64,000 bases of DNA from Octopus vulgaris (lineage: Eukaryota): the NCBI GenBank assembly GCA_951406725.2, contig OX597827.1, positions 7,378,001-7,442,000 of the forward strand. Reading direction: 5' to 3'. Numbering within the stretch: the first letter of the stretch is position 1; each line of letters begins with the position of its first letter. Below the pieces are notes generated by a model that worked only from the letters and a program-made list of their open reading frames with translations, made no database searches and was not told the DNA's origin. Below, piece after piece: positions 1 through 14,646 of the stretch. Made by a program: the position numbers and the translations under genes.

Positions 1-424
1 CTAGAGAACAGAGATAGCTAGGCCAATGTACTGAGGCAGTTTTGTAGCATTAATCATTGATTTATGGAGAGACATTGAAGAAAAATTAAACCTCTTTATC
101 TGAATGGAATTGCGATGCGTTACTCTGCACTGAAGTCAACTTCTTAGACCTCGGTTAGACATTTAAATTACTGATAACTCTTTGGATAAAGTTAATCTTA
201 GCTTGAACCTTGCATTTACTAGAAGGTTTCTTTTGCATTTTATCTGGCTTTGCTTCATATTAAAAATTGTGCTATCTTAAGAATCATACTGACATGATTA
301 CTCTAGAATACACACGTGTGTATGTGTATACACACACACACATATATATGTATACTATAAATCTGTGTGTGTATACATAGTATAATATTGATGTATATAT
401 ATATATATATGCTCTTGTATGTGA

Positions 425-474
<50 letters not shown>

Positions 475-475
475 G

Positions 476-529
<54 letters not shown>

Positions 530-1829
530 CACACAACTATAAAAATTTTATGCAGAGCTAAATTCATACACACACACTTAGAAGTATATAGATACATATG
601 AGTATGTGTGTGTTAATGTTTGTGCATATACATACATATGCACATACACATACATATATGTATATGTGTGTGTGCATGTGTGTATGTGCATATATATGTA
701 CTTTTATATATATATATATATATAGATATATATGTGTATATATATATATATGTATATGTCCATCTGACATAACTCTGTGGATAGTGGCGATATTATTCTT
801 AGTAGTGGTTAATAAATACACACTTCTCCACATTGCTCTTGTCACCTCACATACCTACATACTTATAAACATGCATACATATGTACATAATACATACATG
901 CATGCATACATACATATGCACATGTACATACATACGTACATACATACATACATACATTCATATACACATGCATACATACATACATACATACATACATACA
1001 TACATACATACATACATACATACATACATACATACATACATACATACATACATACGTACATACATACAGGCATACATACATATATATATACAGAAACTGC
1101 AAAGACAGATATGCATTTGGGCCAAAAGCGATGCACAAAATAAGTTCAATACTCTCTGGATTTGTCACAGATATGCTTCAATTTTTCTAAAATTGAATAA
1201 AATAAATAAAAATAATGATGACTACACACATACTTGTCCATGATGAACAAAATGAATAATGATAATAACAATAACCTAACATGTAAAATGGCAAATGTTT
1301 TGGTGCATGACTTTTAGCCCACCTTGCACGTACATACACAATTATTTACGTTTCAATATGTGTGTAGACAGTATATATTTCAGTGTGTGCAAACTGTATA
1401 TACTTGCTTTTACAGTGAAGAATTTTTTTTTTTCCACTCCTAAACTATATTGAAATGCGAAGCTGTAGCAGTATAAAATAAAAGCTGGAGATGTTCACGT
1501 TGAAGAGACCATTCCAAAAGTTATTAAAGCCAAAGCTAAGTGATTCTCGCGGGAGAAAAATATATAAAATTTCACCAAAAACATTACTCAGTGGGAATGC
1601 TTTTTCATCAAATCTAAACACCAGAGACAGTCAGGAACAGAAATTTTACAAACAACTCAAATCATAGGAAATATTTTGAATTATTGTACAACAATTGTAG
1701 CAACTGCATGTTGATGTATTGCTGGTTTCTTACTAAGACAATACAAATATTTATTCAAATATTCAATTTGACTTACTTTAGGATACATTAAATTTAACTG
1801 ATCCTAGATGACTTATAGATATACATATA

Positions 1830-1894
<65 letters not shown>

Positions 1895-1974
1895 ATAATA
1901 ATAATAATAATAATAAATAATAATAATAATAATCATGATTGATGAGGATGATGATGATGATGATAATGAGAATG

Positions 1975-2179
1975 GTTTCAAATTTTGGCCCAAAGTAAGC
2001 AATTCTGGAGAAAGGGGTAAGTTGATTAGATGGACCCCAGTGTTCAACTGGTACTTATTTTATCAATTCTGAAAGGATGAAAGGTAAAGTCAACCCAGCA
2101 GCATTTGAACTCAGAATGTAAAGTTGGAAGAAATGCTGCTAAGCATTTTGTCTGGTAGAATAACAATTCTGCCAGCTCC

Positions 2180-2180
<1 letters not shown>
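1975..2180 (-). mobile_element. Older family-2 SINE (further decayed copies at ~2480-2640, 4855-5085, 9110-9320, 19600-19820, 20480-20690, 22225-22360, 29145-29350)
   Basis: CTGGTACTTATTTTATC...GAAAGGATGAAAGG...ATTTGAACTCAGAA motifs. Confidence 0.75.
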
Positions 2181-2210
<30 letters not shown>

Positions 2211-2396
2211 GACTCTAACTGGGCCCCACCTGCAAGACTATGTGCTGTTTATCTTGATATGAGATCACCATGTTGTGCACATATAGTTATGATGCATGTA
2301 CCTGGTGTACCCTTATCAGATGTGTAGTCATGATGGGTATATTTTATCCCATTGTCAACTTGATGGTATGCACTGCCCTCTCACTCAATAATAATA

Positions 2397-2475
<79 letters not shown>

Positions 2476-2689
2476 TAATAATAGGCAAAGGGTTAATTGA
2501 TAACATTAGCCATAGAATTTGACTGGTACTTTATTTTATCAACCCCAGAAGGATGAAGGATAAATTTGATCTCAGCAGGATTTGATCTTGGAATGTAAAG
2601 AGCAAAGCAATTTTTCTGATGACCAAATGATTCTGTGAATCCATCTCTTTAAATGTTGACAATGATGATGAGGAGGATGATTTGGTAAT

Positions 2690-4432
2690 AAAATAGGTAA
2701 GATTTGAACTAAGCTAGTGAATGGAAATGCCAAATGAGCAAACAATGGAATCGGTTGAGAAAAGGCTGTGGTATAAGTATTTGGGAATACTTCTAGGCAA
2801 GTAAACTGCAGGGAGGGAGTATACAAGGAGAGTGAGGGGAAATATTACGATCAAGGTTGAATTCAAGAAATGTTATTGAAGCAATTAATTCAAGAGCAGT
2901 GCCATCTATCAGGAGCTGGAAATGTGAACTGGACAAAATGCGAAATGGAAATTTAACAGAGAAACTAGAAATCTGCTGATTATGTATGAAGTCCATCACC
3001 TGAAAGCTGATATCAGCTGGTTGTACTTGAAGAGTCACCAGGGTGGAAGAGGTTTAATTGGTGTGGTGGAATATGTGCAAGGGGAATGAAACAGCTTACT
3101 TAATTATTTGCAGAACATCTCAAAAAAGTTACTAAAGGCAGTGAATAAAGAACAGGTGATCAAGACTGGAAAAGGAGAAAAGGACAAAAATGAAATTCAA
3201 AGAATACACATTAAATGGATTGAAGAGAAACCTTTACATGACCAGTTTTGAAAAGCCATCGAGGAGGTATGTGGGACAAAATCTTGGGCCTGGTTGTAAA
3301 AAGGAGCAAATGAAAAAAGAAATGGACAGCCTTATTCTAGCTACTCAAGATCATGCATTGCAAACAAAGAACTTAAAATGCCTCAGGTTATTCCAGGGAG
3401 GCATTCTAAGTTCTTTGTTTGCAGTGCATGATCTTGTTGGTATCAAATTTCTGGCAGGCGGGTGGTCGCTTGATGCTGCTGAGCCGCATCTTGATCTTGG
3501 CAACCAGAAGTTCATGGTCAGATCCACATATTTTGGTCATATTATGCGGAGAAAATCCCTGGAGAAGGACATCATGCTCGGAATGGTCAGTGGCAAGAGA
3601 GGAAGAGGCCGACCAAGAACCCACTGGCTTGACACCATCAAGAGTGACATTATGTAGAGAAAATCCCTGGAGAAGGACATCATGCTTGGAATGGTCAGTG
3701 GCAAGAGAGGAAGAGGCTGACCAAGAACCCACTGGCTTGACACCATCAAGAGTGACATGGGAATGGCCATAGCCAATCTGAAAGAAGCGGCCCAGGATAG
3801 AACTGACTGGAGAACACTGATCCATCGAGTAACTGAGAGTTGACTTTGACTGAGCGGATAGATAGATAGATATACCAAGGAGAATATAACAAATGGGGAT
3901 ATAACCAGATTGTAAATATTTTACACTGGAGGCTGATTCAAAAATGGTGGGCTTGAAGCAATAAGAACATGGTACAATCATTGGGTAGAAAGAGTACTTT
4001 GAGGTAGAAACATGCAAATATTGTGAAATTTTCCCATTTAAATGGATATGAAGATAGAAGATAGCAAGCAAGATATATACAGTAACAGACAAAGAAAACT
4101 AAATTTGCTAACTGATTTATCCATAATCTCCATTTAAAGCTGTGACTGTGCAGAAAGCAGATGAAAGTTGTAAAAACACAACCCCTTAAAATTCGAGATT
4201 GCAATGATTTGGAGCATGAAATTTGTGAAGATTGTTCCCATGGAGACTGTGAATGATGAGGTAGACAAATGGATAAAGGAGAACTAAAGAGAGTGTCCTA
4301 CAAATTTTCTACAGGTTTCCTTCGTAGGAACAGGAAAGACCATCAGAAGGGTTTTAAAGCACTTAATGGATTATTGAAATCATTAGTAACACACATAAAT
4401 TCCATAAGGAATATGAACAACCTTGAGTCAAG
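2690..4432 (+). mobile_element. Degenerate R4/Dong-clade non-LTR retrotransposon (RT thumb to RLE C-terminus), interrupted by an RTE insertion
   Basis: Broken peptides YKYLG, HHLKADISWLYLKSHQGGRGL (cf. HPKADVDRLYLPRKEGGRGL), KKEMDSLILATQDHALQT, FEIAMIWSMKFVKIVP and VGTGKTIRRVL, ending in (TAA)n at ~4433. Confidence 0.75.
3437..3870 (+). mobile_element. RTE/BovB-like LINE insertion: inverted endonuclease fragment plus 3' end with a 108-bp internal duplication
   Basis: Plus strand YFGHIMRRKSLEKDIMLGMVSGKRGRGRPRTHWLD...LKEAAQDRTDWRTLIHRVTES with a (GATA)n tail. Minus strand 3527-3437 reads CGSDHELLVAKIKMRL. The repeat starts at 3541 and 3649. Confidence 0.85.
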
Positions 4433-4503
<71 letters not shown>

Positions 4504-4529
4504 CATGATGGACTCTCTTGAAGATGATG

Positions 4530-4800
4530 TATGAGCATTCAGCTTTTGCCAGATGATCAGCACAAATGATTTGCTTATAGTGATCAAATGTTTGTGATGC
4601 ACATTAGTTCACTCTCTTCATCAAATTGATGTTACCTGAACAGGTGCATTGTGTACCACATGATAAGTTTTGGAGTGATTGCAAAGCAACATGAGATGAA
4701 GTGTTTTGCTCAAGAATGCACCGCATCACCTAGTCTAGGAATTGAAACCATGATGTCGTGACCTTGAGTGCAACACCCTAACCACTAAGCCATGCACCCT
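4530..4800 (-). mobile_element. CORE-type tRNA SINE (tail W)
   Basis: Reverse complement begins GCATGGCTTAGTGGTTAGG and matches 50668-50960 and 36110-36320. Confidence 0.8.
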
Positions 4801-5089
4801 TGTAATGATAATGATAATAACAATGATGATAATATCAATAATAATAATAATAATGGCTTCGAACTTTGGCACAATGCCAGCAATATTTTTCGATAGGGGT
4901 GGAAAAGTCAATTACATCAGTCCCCCCCCACTGCCACCACCAGTACTCCACTGGTACTTATTTTATCAACCCTGAAAGGATGAAAGGCAAAGTGGGCCTC
5001 AACGGAATTTGAACTCAGAATATAAAGAACAAGAAGAAATGCTACTAAGCATTTAATTCAATGCTCTGATGATTTTGCAAGCTCACCAC

Positions 5090-7000
<1,911 letters not shown>

Positions 7001-7083
7001 CATCTTTAGTCATTAGTTGTGTTATGCATTTGTAGTCAGAGACACACATACACACACGTATATACACACACGCACACACGCAT

Positions 7084-7126
<43 letters not shown>

Positions 7127-7562
7127 ATGAAGTTAGCCAGGCAACAAATTAATTGAATTATTGAAAAGAAATGATAGAAACAAAAATAATCATTCAAGCG
7201 TTTTTCGAAGTTTTCATACATTTAGTGTTTTACTTATCATGGGAAGAGTTTCAATGAATTTCAGTGTTAACCTAACAATGCATGGATATGTACATATGTA
7301 TTTGTGTGTATGTGTGCGTGTGTGCATGTGCATGTGTGTGTGCGCATGTGTATGTGTGCATGTGCATGTTCGTGTGTGTGTGCATGTGTGTCTATATATA
7401 CATGTGTATATTTATGTATACATACATGTATGTATATGGATGTACATATATATATGTAGGTGTATATATGTGTATATGTATATGCATATATGTATATACA
7501 TTTATACATACATAAAATACATTATACATATATATGTATATACATACATATTTACATATATA

Positions 7563-7596
<34 letters not shown>

Positions 7597-7793
7597 GATA
7601 TATATATACATATGTGTGTATATGCACATATATCTATGTACATACATATACACACATGTATATATACTTATAAATACGTATATATTATATATATATAAAC
7701 ACACACACATATGATATATATACATATATATAAATATGTACATGACTGTATCTATTAGCTATCTATCTCCTTAATTATCTATCTATCTACCTG

Positions 7794-7882
<89 letters not shown>

Positions 7883-7904
7883 ATATACATACATATATAT
7901 TAGT

Positions 7905-8130
7905 TATTTACTACCCACAAGGGGCTAAACACAGAGGACAAACAAGGACAGACAAATGGATTAAGTCGATTATATCGACTCCAATGCGTAACTGGTACTT
8001 AATTTATCAACCCCGAAAGGATGAAAGCCAAAGTCGACCTCAGTGGAATTTGAACCCAAAACGTAATGGCAGACGAAATACGGCTATGCTTTTCGGCCGG
8101 CATGCTAATGTTTCTACCAGCTCGCCACCT
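7905..8130 (-). mobile_element. Family-2 SINE
   Basis: Reverse complement of 28908-29135. Confidence 0.88.
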
Positions 8131-8171
8131 TATGCATACATACATACATACATACATATATATATATATAT

Positions 8172-8280
8172 ATGGATCAAAACAGTTTGATTCAAAATTC
8201 TTTGGTGCTCTGAGTTTCAAATGTGTTCACACTTGAAACTCTGAATACCAACGAATTTGAATCAAAGTGTTTTGTTCCAT
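8172..8280. repeat. Imperfect ~109-nt palindrome/hairpin
   Basis: ATGGATCAAAACAGTTTGATTCAAAATTCTTTGGTGCTCTGAGTTTCAA pairs with TTGAAACTCTGAATACCAACGAATTTGAATCAAAGTGTTTTGTTCCAT. Confidence 0.85.
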
Positions 8281-8362
8281 TCATATAACTCCCGATAAAT
8301 GTGTTGATTGCTCTTCTTTCATTTGTCCATTCACTTGTGTATGTATGTGTATATATATAATA

Positions 8363-8481
<119 letters not shown>

Positions 8482-8483
8482 AT

Positions 8484-8532
<49 letters not shown>

Positions 8533-9886
8533 AATACACACACACACACATGCACACACTCATAATTTAATGTTTTGCTTTGCTTTCTGTTCCTAATCAA
8601 ACAACCAACAATTGTTATCTGAGTAAACTTATTGTCCAAAATGAAGACTGCATGGCTGAAATCTAAAGCCTGACACAATACGATATGCTTTGCTACTTAT
8701 CTTACAAACTGACACTTGATAAATTAACAGAGTTAAAGGTACAAGTCGAGAGTTGTGGTTATTTTTCTACAGCTTGAAGTCTTCTGTCTTTATGTGAGGC
8801 CAAACGGACATATCTATTTATGATTGATCATCCATCTTTTTTCTTATATGTAACACAGATGTGTCTTCCACTTTGGTTGGTAAAGATACTTACGTATTGA
8901 TAGGATATAAGTCTTCTAATTCTTTCTTTATATAGAATCCTGAATGTTTTTCTCATGACCTGAACTCATGCACATCAATTTTCATCAATTATGTTGTTGT
9001 GACAAAATATCAATGAAGACACAATCTGCCACATAACACCATCAAATAATAATATAATCTATGAACGATATACCATATATGTTTCTTAATATTATTTCTT
9101 TAATTTAGGCACAAGACCAGAAGCTTTTGAGGAGACGGGGGAGCGAAGCTGATATTATCAGCCATAGTACTAGACTGGAATTTTTTTTCTTTTTCACTCC
9201 TGGAGGGATGATAGGTAAAGTTAATCGTGGTAGGATTTGAAACCAGAATGAACAGAGCTGAAAAAAATACTGCAAGGCAAGTTTACCCCATTTCTCTAAC
9301 ACTCTGGTGATCCAGCAACCTTTTTCAGCAATCCTCCATTTATTTTGATATTTTAATTCTAAATAAATGAAACTTTTTTTTTTGGTTAATTGAGCCATGT
9401 AATTATTTTGTAGGAAGGATTAAAAAAGGAATTATCAGGGATGCATTCTGCAAAGAAGCCATACAGTGAAGTTGATGCTTACATACTTATTGTATTGAGG
9501 AATTAAATTTTATTTGATAAAACTTCCACACATAATGAGAAGAAAGAATTATTTCTGTTAATGATAAATTCTGATCAAGAGAGACAGCTTTTAATTAAAC
9601 TTGAATTAATTAAAAATGGAATAAAGACAATTCAGTGGGGTACGAGTTTATAAATCTTTCATGTTATCTTTGTCTAACTGTATTGCTGAGATTATTCACT
9701 GAGGAGGTTTAATAAGATAGAAGCATGTGCAAGTTATTATCATACATCTTTAGATAAAAAAATAACTTCTCAATGCATTTCCTATATTCTATTTTTTAAT
9801 TAATTTTAATCAAAATTCCAGGTTTGTCTCTCTTGTCCTTTTTATAACGAGAATTGTTCATTCAGCTAATGATTAGTTCTCTTCAT

Positions 9887-10216
9887 AGTGAGGGCGCGTG
9901 GCTTAGTGGTTAGGGCATTCGGCTCATGATCGTAAGGTTGTGAGTTCGATTCCCGGCGATGCGTTGTGTCCTTGAGCAAGACACTTTATTTCACGTTGCT
10001 CCAGTCCACTCAGCTGGCAAAAATGAGTTGTACTTGTATTTCAAAGGGTCAGCCTTGTCACTCTCTGTGTCACGCTGATTATCCCCGAGAACTACGTTAA
10101 GGGTACACGTGTCTGTGGAATGCTCAGCCATTTGCACGTTAATTTCACGAGCAAGCTGTTCCGTTGATCGTATCAGCTGGGACCCTCGTCGTCGTAACCG
10201 GCGGAGTCTTTTTTAA
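9887..10216 (+). mobile_element. Young tRNA-derived CORE-type SINE with 12-bp TSD
   Basis: A box TGGCTTAGTGG, B box GTTCGATTCC, CORE-like TGTGTCCTTGAGCAAGACACTT; TSD AGTTCTCTTCAT at 9875-9886 and 10217-10228. Confidence 0.92.
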
Positions 10217-10689
10217 AGTTCTCTTCATCACATGTGATTTTAACTCATTAAAATTCTTTTGTCTATCACAACAAGTATATTAGTATCAACATTACTAACT
10301 ATTTAGTTATCCTAGTATTTTTATCAAGTTTTGCTCAAAAAGGCCCAAAATGAAGCAGTTACTCTTTAAACTATGGTGCTTCTCTTAATATACCAGTGTA
10401 TTTGACATTTTTTTATTTTTAATTTTTAATTTTTACACTGCTTTGTCAGAGGACTAAAAACAGCACCAACTATTTTTACAAGGTCTCCAAGACTTTTGAG
10501 AGAATGAGAAGGAGAAAGAGGGAGAGAGAGCGAGATAGAGAGAGAGAGAGAGAGATGTTATTCTCACTCCACCGATCTGAACTGAATGCTTACAAACAAA
10601 TTGGACTCTATTTAAAGCACTCAAGGACCAGAAACTGGCATTAAATCAGGTGATACATTGAGTCTACCACCCAAGATCAGAAATGATCA

Positions 10690-10855
10690 TTCTGACAGGC
10701 TTCCACACAGTTTCTAATTACTAAATTTCACTCTTGAAGCTTAGGCAAATCCAAGATTATTGTAGAAGGCACTTGCTCAAGGTTGCTGTGTAGTGGATTC
10801 GAACCTGGTATTACAAAGTTGCAAAGCAAACTTTTTAACCAGATGACTATGCATT
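10690..10855 (-). mobile_element. Degenerate family-1 SINE 5' half downstream of the protocadherin donor
   Basis: ACAGGCTTCC...AAATTTCACTC...GTAGAAGGCACTTGCTCAAGG...GGATTCGAACC. Confidence 0.65.
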
Positions 10856-11176
10856 CAACTTTGTTAACCCCTCTGACAAAATTAGTTAATAAATCTTACA
10901 CAATTAAAACCTATATGGAAGAGTGAACATCATGTCTGAGAGGTTTTATAATGTGAATAAGATTTTAGCAGTCCACTCAATATATTTAGATAGATATATC
11001 TTGATCATTAATATAATTGATTTATGCTTTCCGCTGAATTTCTCTGCAAAATCTACCATCTATTTTTGAGATATATTTTATATATTTTCTTTCTTTCTTT
11101 TTTTTTTTTGTATAGAACAATTTGGTTTGGAATATTCTTCAACATCATTTGAACAGAAATTAATGAAAGCTCTTAC

Positions 11177-13546
11177 CTGCTGAGTAACTGGAGTAAGATC
11201 TTGCAGCTGTACACCTGTTTCTAAGCCTTTCCAATTATTTTCAGAAGTTTTCTTTAATAAGGTACCTTCAAAGATTCTATCATTACTAACATCTTGGGCT
11301 GTAGTAAAAGTTGCATCATACTGTGATTGACAGGCATATTCTGATTCTCCCATTTCAGTAATAAACTTGTCATTGACATCAATTAAAGTATCGTTTTGGT
11401 TCCTTCTTATGATGCATGTTGTTACAGAAACTACAATAGCCACGGATACTATCACTGCAGCCACTACTATAATAATCATCAAGTTTATATGTATTCTGTT
11501 GTCTGATTCCGTGTCTTCAGCTGTGTACATTCTGGCTGTTGTATTGCTAACAGTTAGTGACAAAGATAGTGTGGTCGTTGCTGATAAAATTGGTGTACCA
11601 CTGTCTTTGACTGCTAATTTTATGTTATATGATCCAGCATCGTTTTGGTAAACTGTACGAGAGAAAGATAAAATTCCTGTGTAAGGGTTGACTGTGAATA
11701 GCTGTTTGTTATTACCGCCAAGTATTTCATACCTGAGGAAAGAGTTTACATGACTGTCTCTATCAGAGGCTCTTAATGTTGTGATGTCACTCTTACTCTG
11801 TGGATGGTAGTGGACGTCTATATTAAAAGGGTCAAAGCTAGGAAATGTAAAATATGGGGCATTGTCGTTTTTGTCCATAACTTCTATGATAATATTTGCT
11901 GTACTACTGAGAGACGGTACTCCATTGTCTTTAACAATAACTTTCATATTATATATTTCCTGTTTCTCTCGGTCCAACGACTGAGTTGTAGCTATGAATC
12001 CAAAATTGGAAATCTTAAAAGGAAAAAAGTTATTGTCATCTAAAAATGAATATGTTAGTTTACCCCCTGGTCCTAGATCAGGATCTGTTGCATTTATAAG
12101 ACCGACTGGAAAATTTGAGTCTTCATTTTCGTAAGTTAGAAATTTGAAAGTGTTTTTTGTAAAGCTTGGTTGCACATCATTGACATCCATTATTTTTATT
12201 AAGAATTTCTTTTCTGTCTGGAGCGGTGGTGAACCTTTGTCTTCACAAATTATTATAAAGTCTGTGTAGTCTTCAATTTCTCTGTTTACTGTTTTTTGAA
12301 CCACGACTTTGTATTTCTTTCTCCCCATTTTCTGAAGCATGAATTTATTATGTTTGAGTTTACACTCCACCTCACCATTCTGTCCAATGTCATTGTCTGT
12401 GATTTTCACATAAGCTATAAAGCTGCCAACTTCAATATCTTCAGAAATGGTAGCTTTGTTTTCAGCTGTTTTAGAGAAAAATTTTACATTTATTTTTGGT
12501 GGATTATTTTCATGGTTAATCATATTTATAAAAACTATAGCAGTAGCTCGCATTGGAGGATTTCCACCATCTTTAGCATCAATAAACAACTGGTAGTTTT
12601 GTTTCATTTCACTTTGAAAATGTTGACTTAGCAATATTTCACCTGTTTCAGCATTTAATCTGAAATATTTTTTCGAAGGTTCTGTCATCTTAGAGCTAAA
12701 TGAATAGGTAACTTTACCATTTTTACCTTTATCATTGTCAGTTGCCGACAGCTTGACAATTGGATGGCTTCTTTCTTGTGTGTTTCTTAAGGATATATTA
12801 TACAAAGTCTTAGTGAATACTGGAGAATTATCATTCTCATCTGTCACAGATATCTGAACATATAAAACACCATTTTGAGGAGGCGAGCCTTTATCTTTTG
12901 CAACAACTTCAAGGTTATATGTATCTCTAATTTCCCGATTGAGTCTTTTAATTAGAATTATTTCAAGTTTTGAAGCTCCATCAACCGTCTTTAAAACAGA
13001 TAAATTGAATGGGTCATCCAGATCCTTCTTTAGATAATATACAATCTGGGAATTTAAAATACTAACATCTCTGTCAATAGCGTTTGGTATTGATTTTGCC
13101 ATTCCTATAGCATCACCTTCAGAGAACTCAAGATTAATCTTATCATTAGCAAATTCTGGCTGATGGTCATTTATATCTTCTATTAAAACTTTTATTTCTA
13201 ATATTTTCACAAAAGATTTCTTATTTTGCACTGCAATTTCAATGATTTTACTGCACTCTTTATTATATTTACAAAGAGGCTCAGCATCCAATATCTGAGA
13301 TGTGTATAATCTTCCGGTTTTGGAGACATTGAATAACTGTGAATTAACAGCTGTGTTCTCTTGTAGCAAGCTGAAACGGATGAAACTGTGGTCCCTTGGT
13401 GGAATGCTGCGCAGTACTTCAGTATCAGAAGCAATATCACCGATAAAAAGACCAGGGCTCTGACCTTCTTTCACATGGTATGTAAAGTCTATACAGAAAG
13501 AATAATCCCAAAGAAGTAATAGCAATACACATACGTGTAGATACAT
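11177..13546 (-). CDS. Protocadherin (coleoid-type, 6 EC repeats), large coding exon: signal peptide, EC1-6, TM, proximal cytoplasmic tail
   Basis: 824-aa ORF 11078-13552. First ATG is at 13546 (AAAATG), followed by hydrophobic MYLHVCVLLLLLW. Cadherin linkers DINDHQP, DENDNSP, NHENNPP, DVNDVQP, DKNDNAP plus DxD and AxDxG motifs. EC1 has C-X5-C (CKYNKEC). TM is INLMIIIVVAAVIVSVAIVVSVTTCII. A strong phase-0 donor CAG|GTAAGA lies at 11177/11176; unspliced read-through stops at 11078. Confidence 0.95.
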
Positions 13547-13635
13547 TTTCACTGACTTCAGTCGTTGCAGTAAGTTAATGCTGGAGATCTGTGCAAGAGA
13601 TTTTCTTTTCTCTTATTTAAACCACAGTTCACTGG

Positions 13636-13667
13636 CCTGAAAGTAAATTTTATACTCTAGAAACCTG
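13636..13667 (-). other. Candidate 3' splice acceptors upstream of the protocadherin ATG
   Basis: Minus strand aatttactttCAG|G (exon start 13636) and tgtatattCAG|G (exon start 13664), 90 and 118 nt before the ATG. Confidence 0.55.
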
Positions 13668-13704
13668 AATATACAAACATTTGTGCACATGTATCTATAT
13701 AACT

Positions 13705-13817
13705 TTGTATGTATGTATGTATGTATGTATGTATGTATGTATGTATGTATGTATGTATATGTATGTATGTATGTATTTATGTATGTATGTATGTATTTAT
13801 GTATGTATGTATGTATG

Positions 13818-13851
<34 letters not shown>

Positions 13852-13873
13852 TGTATGTATGTATGTATGTATG

Positions 13874-13905
<32 letters not shown>

Positions 13906-14577
13906 TGTATGTATGTATGTATGTATGTATGTATGTATGTATGTATGTATGTATGTATTTATGTATGTATGTATTTATGTATGTATGTATGTATGTATGT
14001 ATGTATGTATGTATGTATGTATGTATGTATGTATGTATGTATGTATGTATGTATGTATGTATGTATGTATGTATGTATGTATGTATTTATGTATGTAAGA
14101 AGAAATGGCTGTATGTATACATGTGTGGTTGTATGCATCATGAATACATGCATATATGTGTGTATATATGCATGTGCATATGTATGAACACATGCATCTA
14201 TATACATTTATGTGTGTATTTATCTATATATATATATGTTTATGTATGTGTGTATATATATGTGTGTGTGTGTGTATCTATCTATCTATCTAGGTATGTG
14301 AGCATATATATATATTATATATATGTATATGTATATGCATATATTTAAATACATATGTGTGTATGTCTGTATATACATGTGTATACATAGACACACACAA
14401 ATGATAATCACAACAACAATAATAATACTAATTTTATTGAAAATATTTTCAAAGTCTTGCCAGTCTGACATGGTCAAATACTGATGGAACTTTGAAATTA
14501 TTGTCAAAATTATTATAAATTTCTGAACCTAGACTTGTAGTGGCCCCATTTTTCAGTTAAAGGTTATAGATTTTGTA

Positions 14578-14646
<69 letters not shown>

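Noticed and set aside
3190-3657. 155-aa ORF as a gene
   Set aside because: It is a chimera of an R4 relic, a fold-back and an RTE 3' end.
8894-8959. Possible phase-0 66-bp second exon of the protocadherin (VMRKTFRILYKERIRRLISYQY) ending at GTAAGT
   Set aside because: The acceptor lacks a polypyrimidine tract and the peptide has no recognisable motif; it needs RNA evidence.
9891-9965. tRNA gene (also 43040-43119, 43821-43895, 49298-49372)
   Set aside because: A/B boxes continue into SINE bodies, mostly with TSDs; there is no proper acceptor stem or terminator.
13547-13552. ORF-track start at 13552
   Set aside because: It is a GTG; the eukaryotic start is the ATG at 13546.
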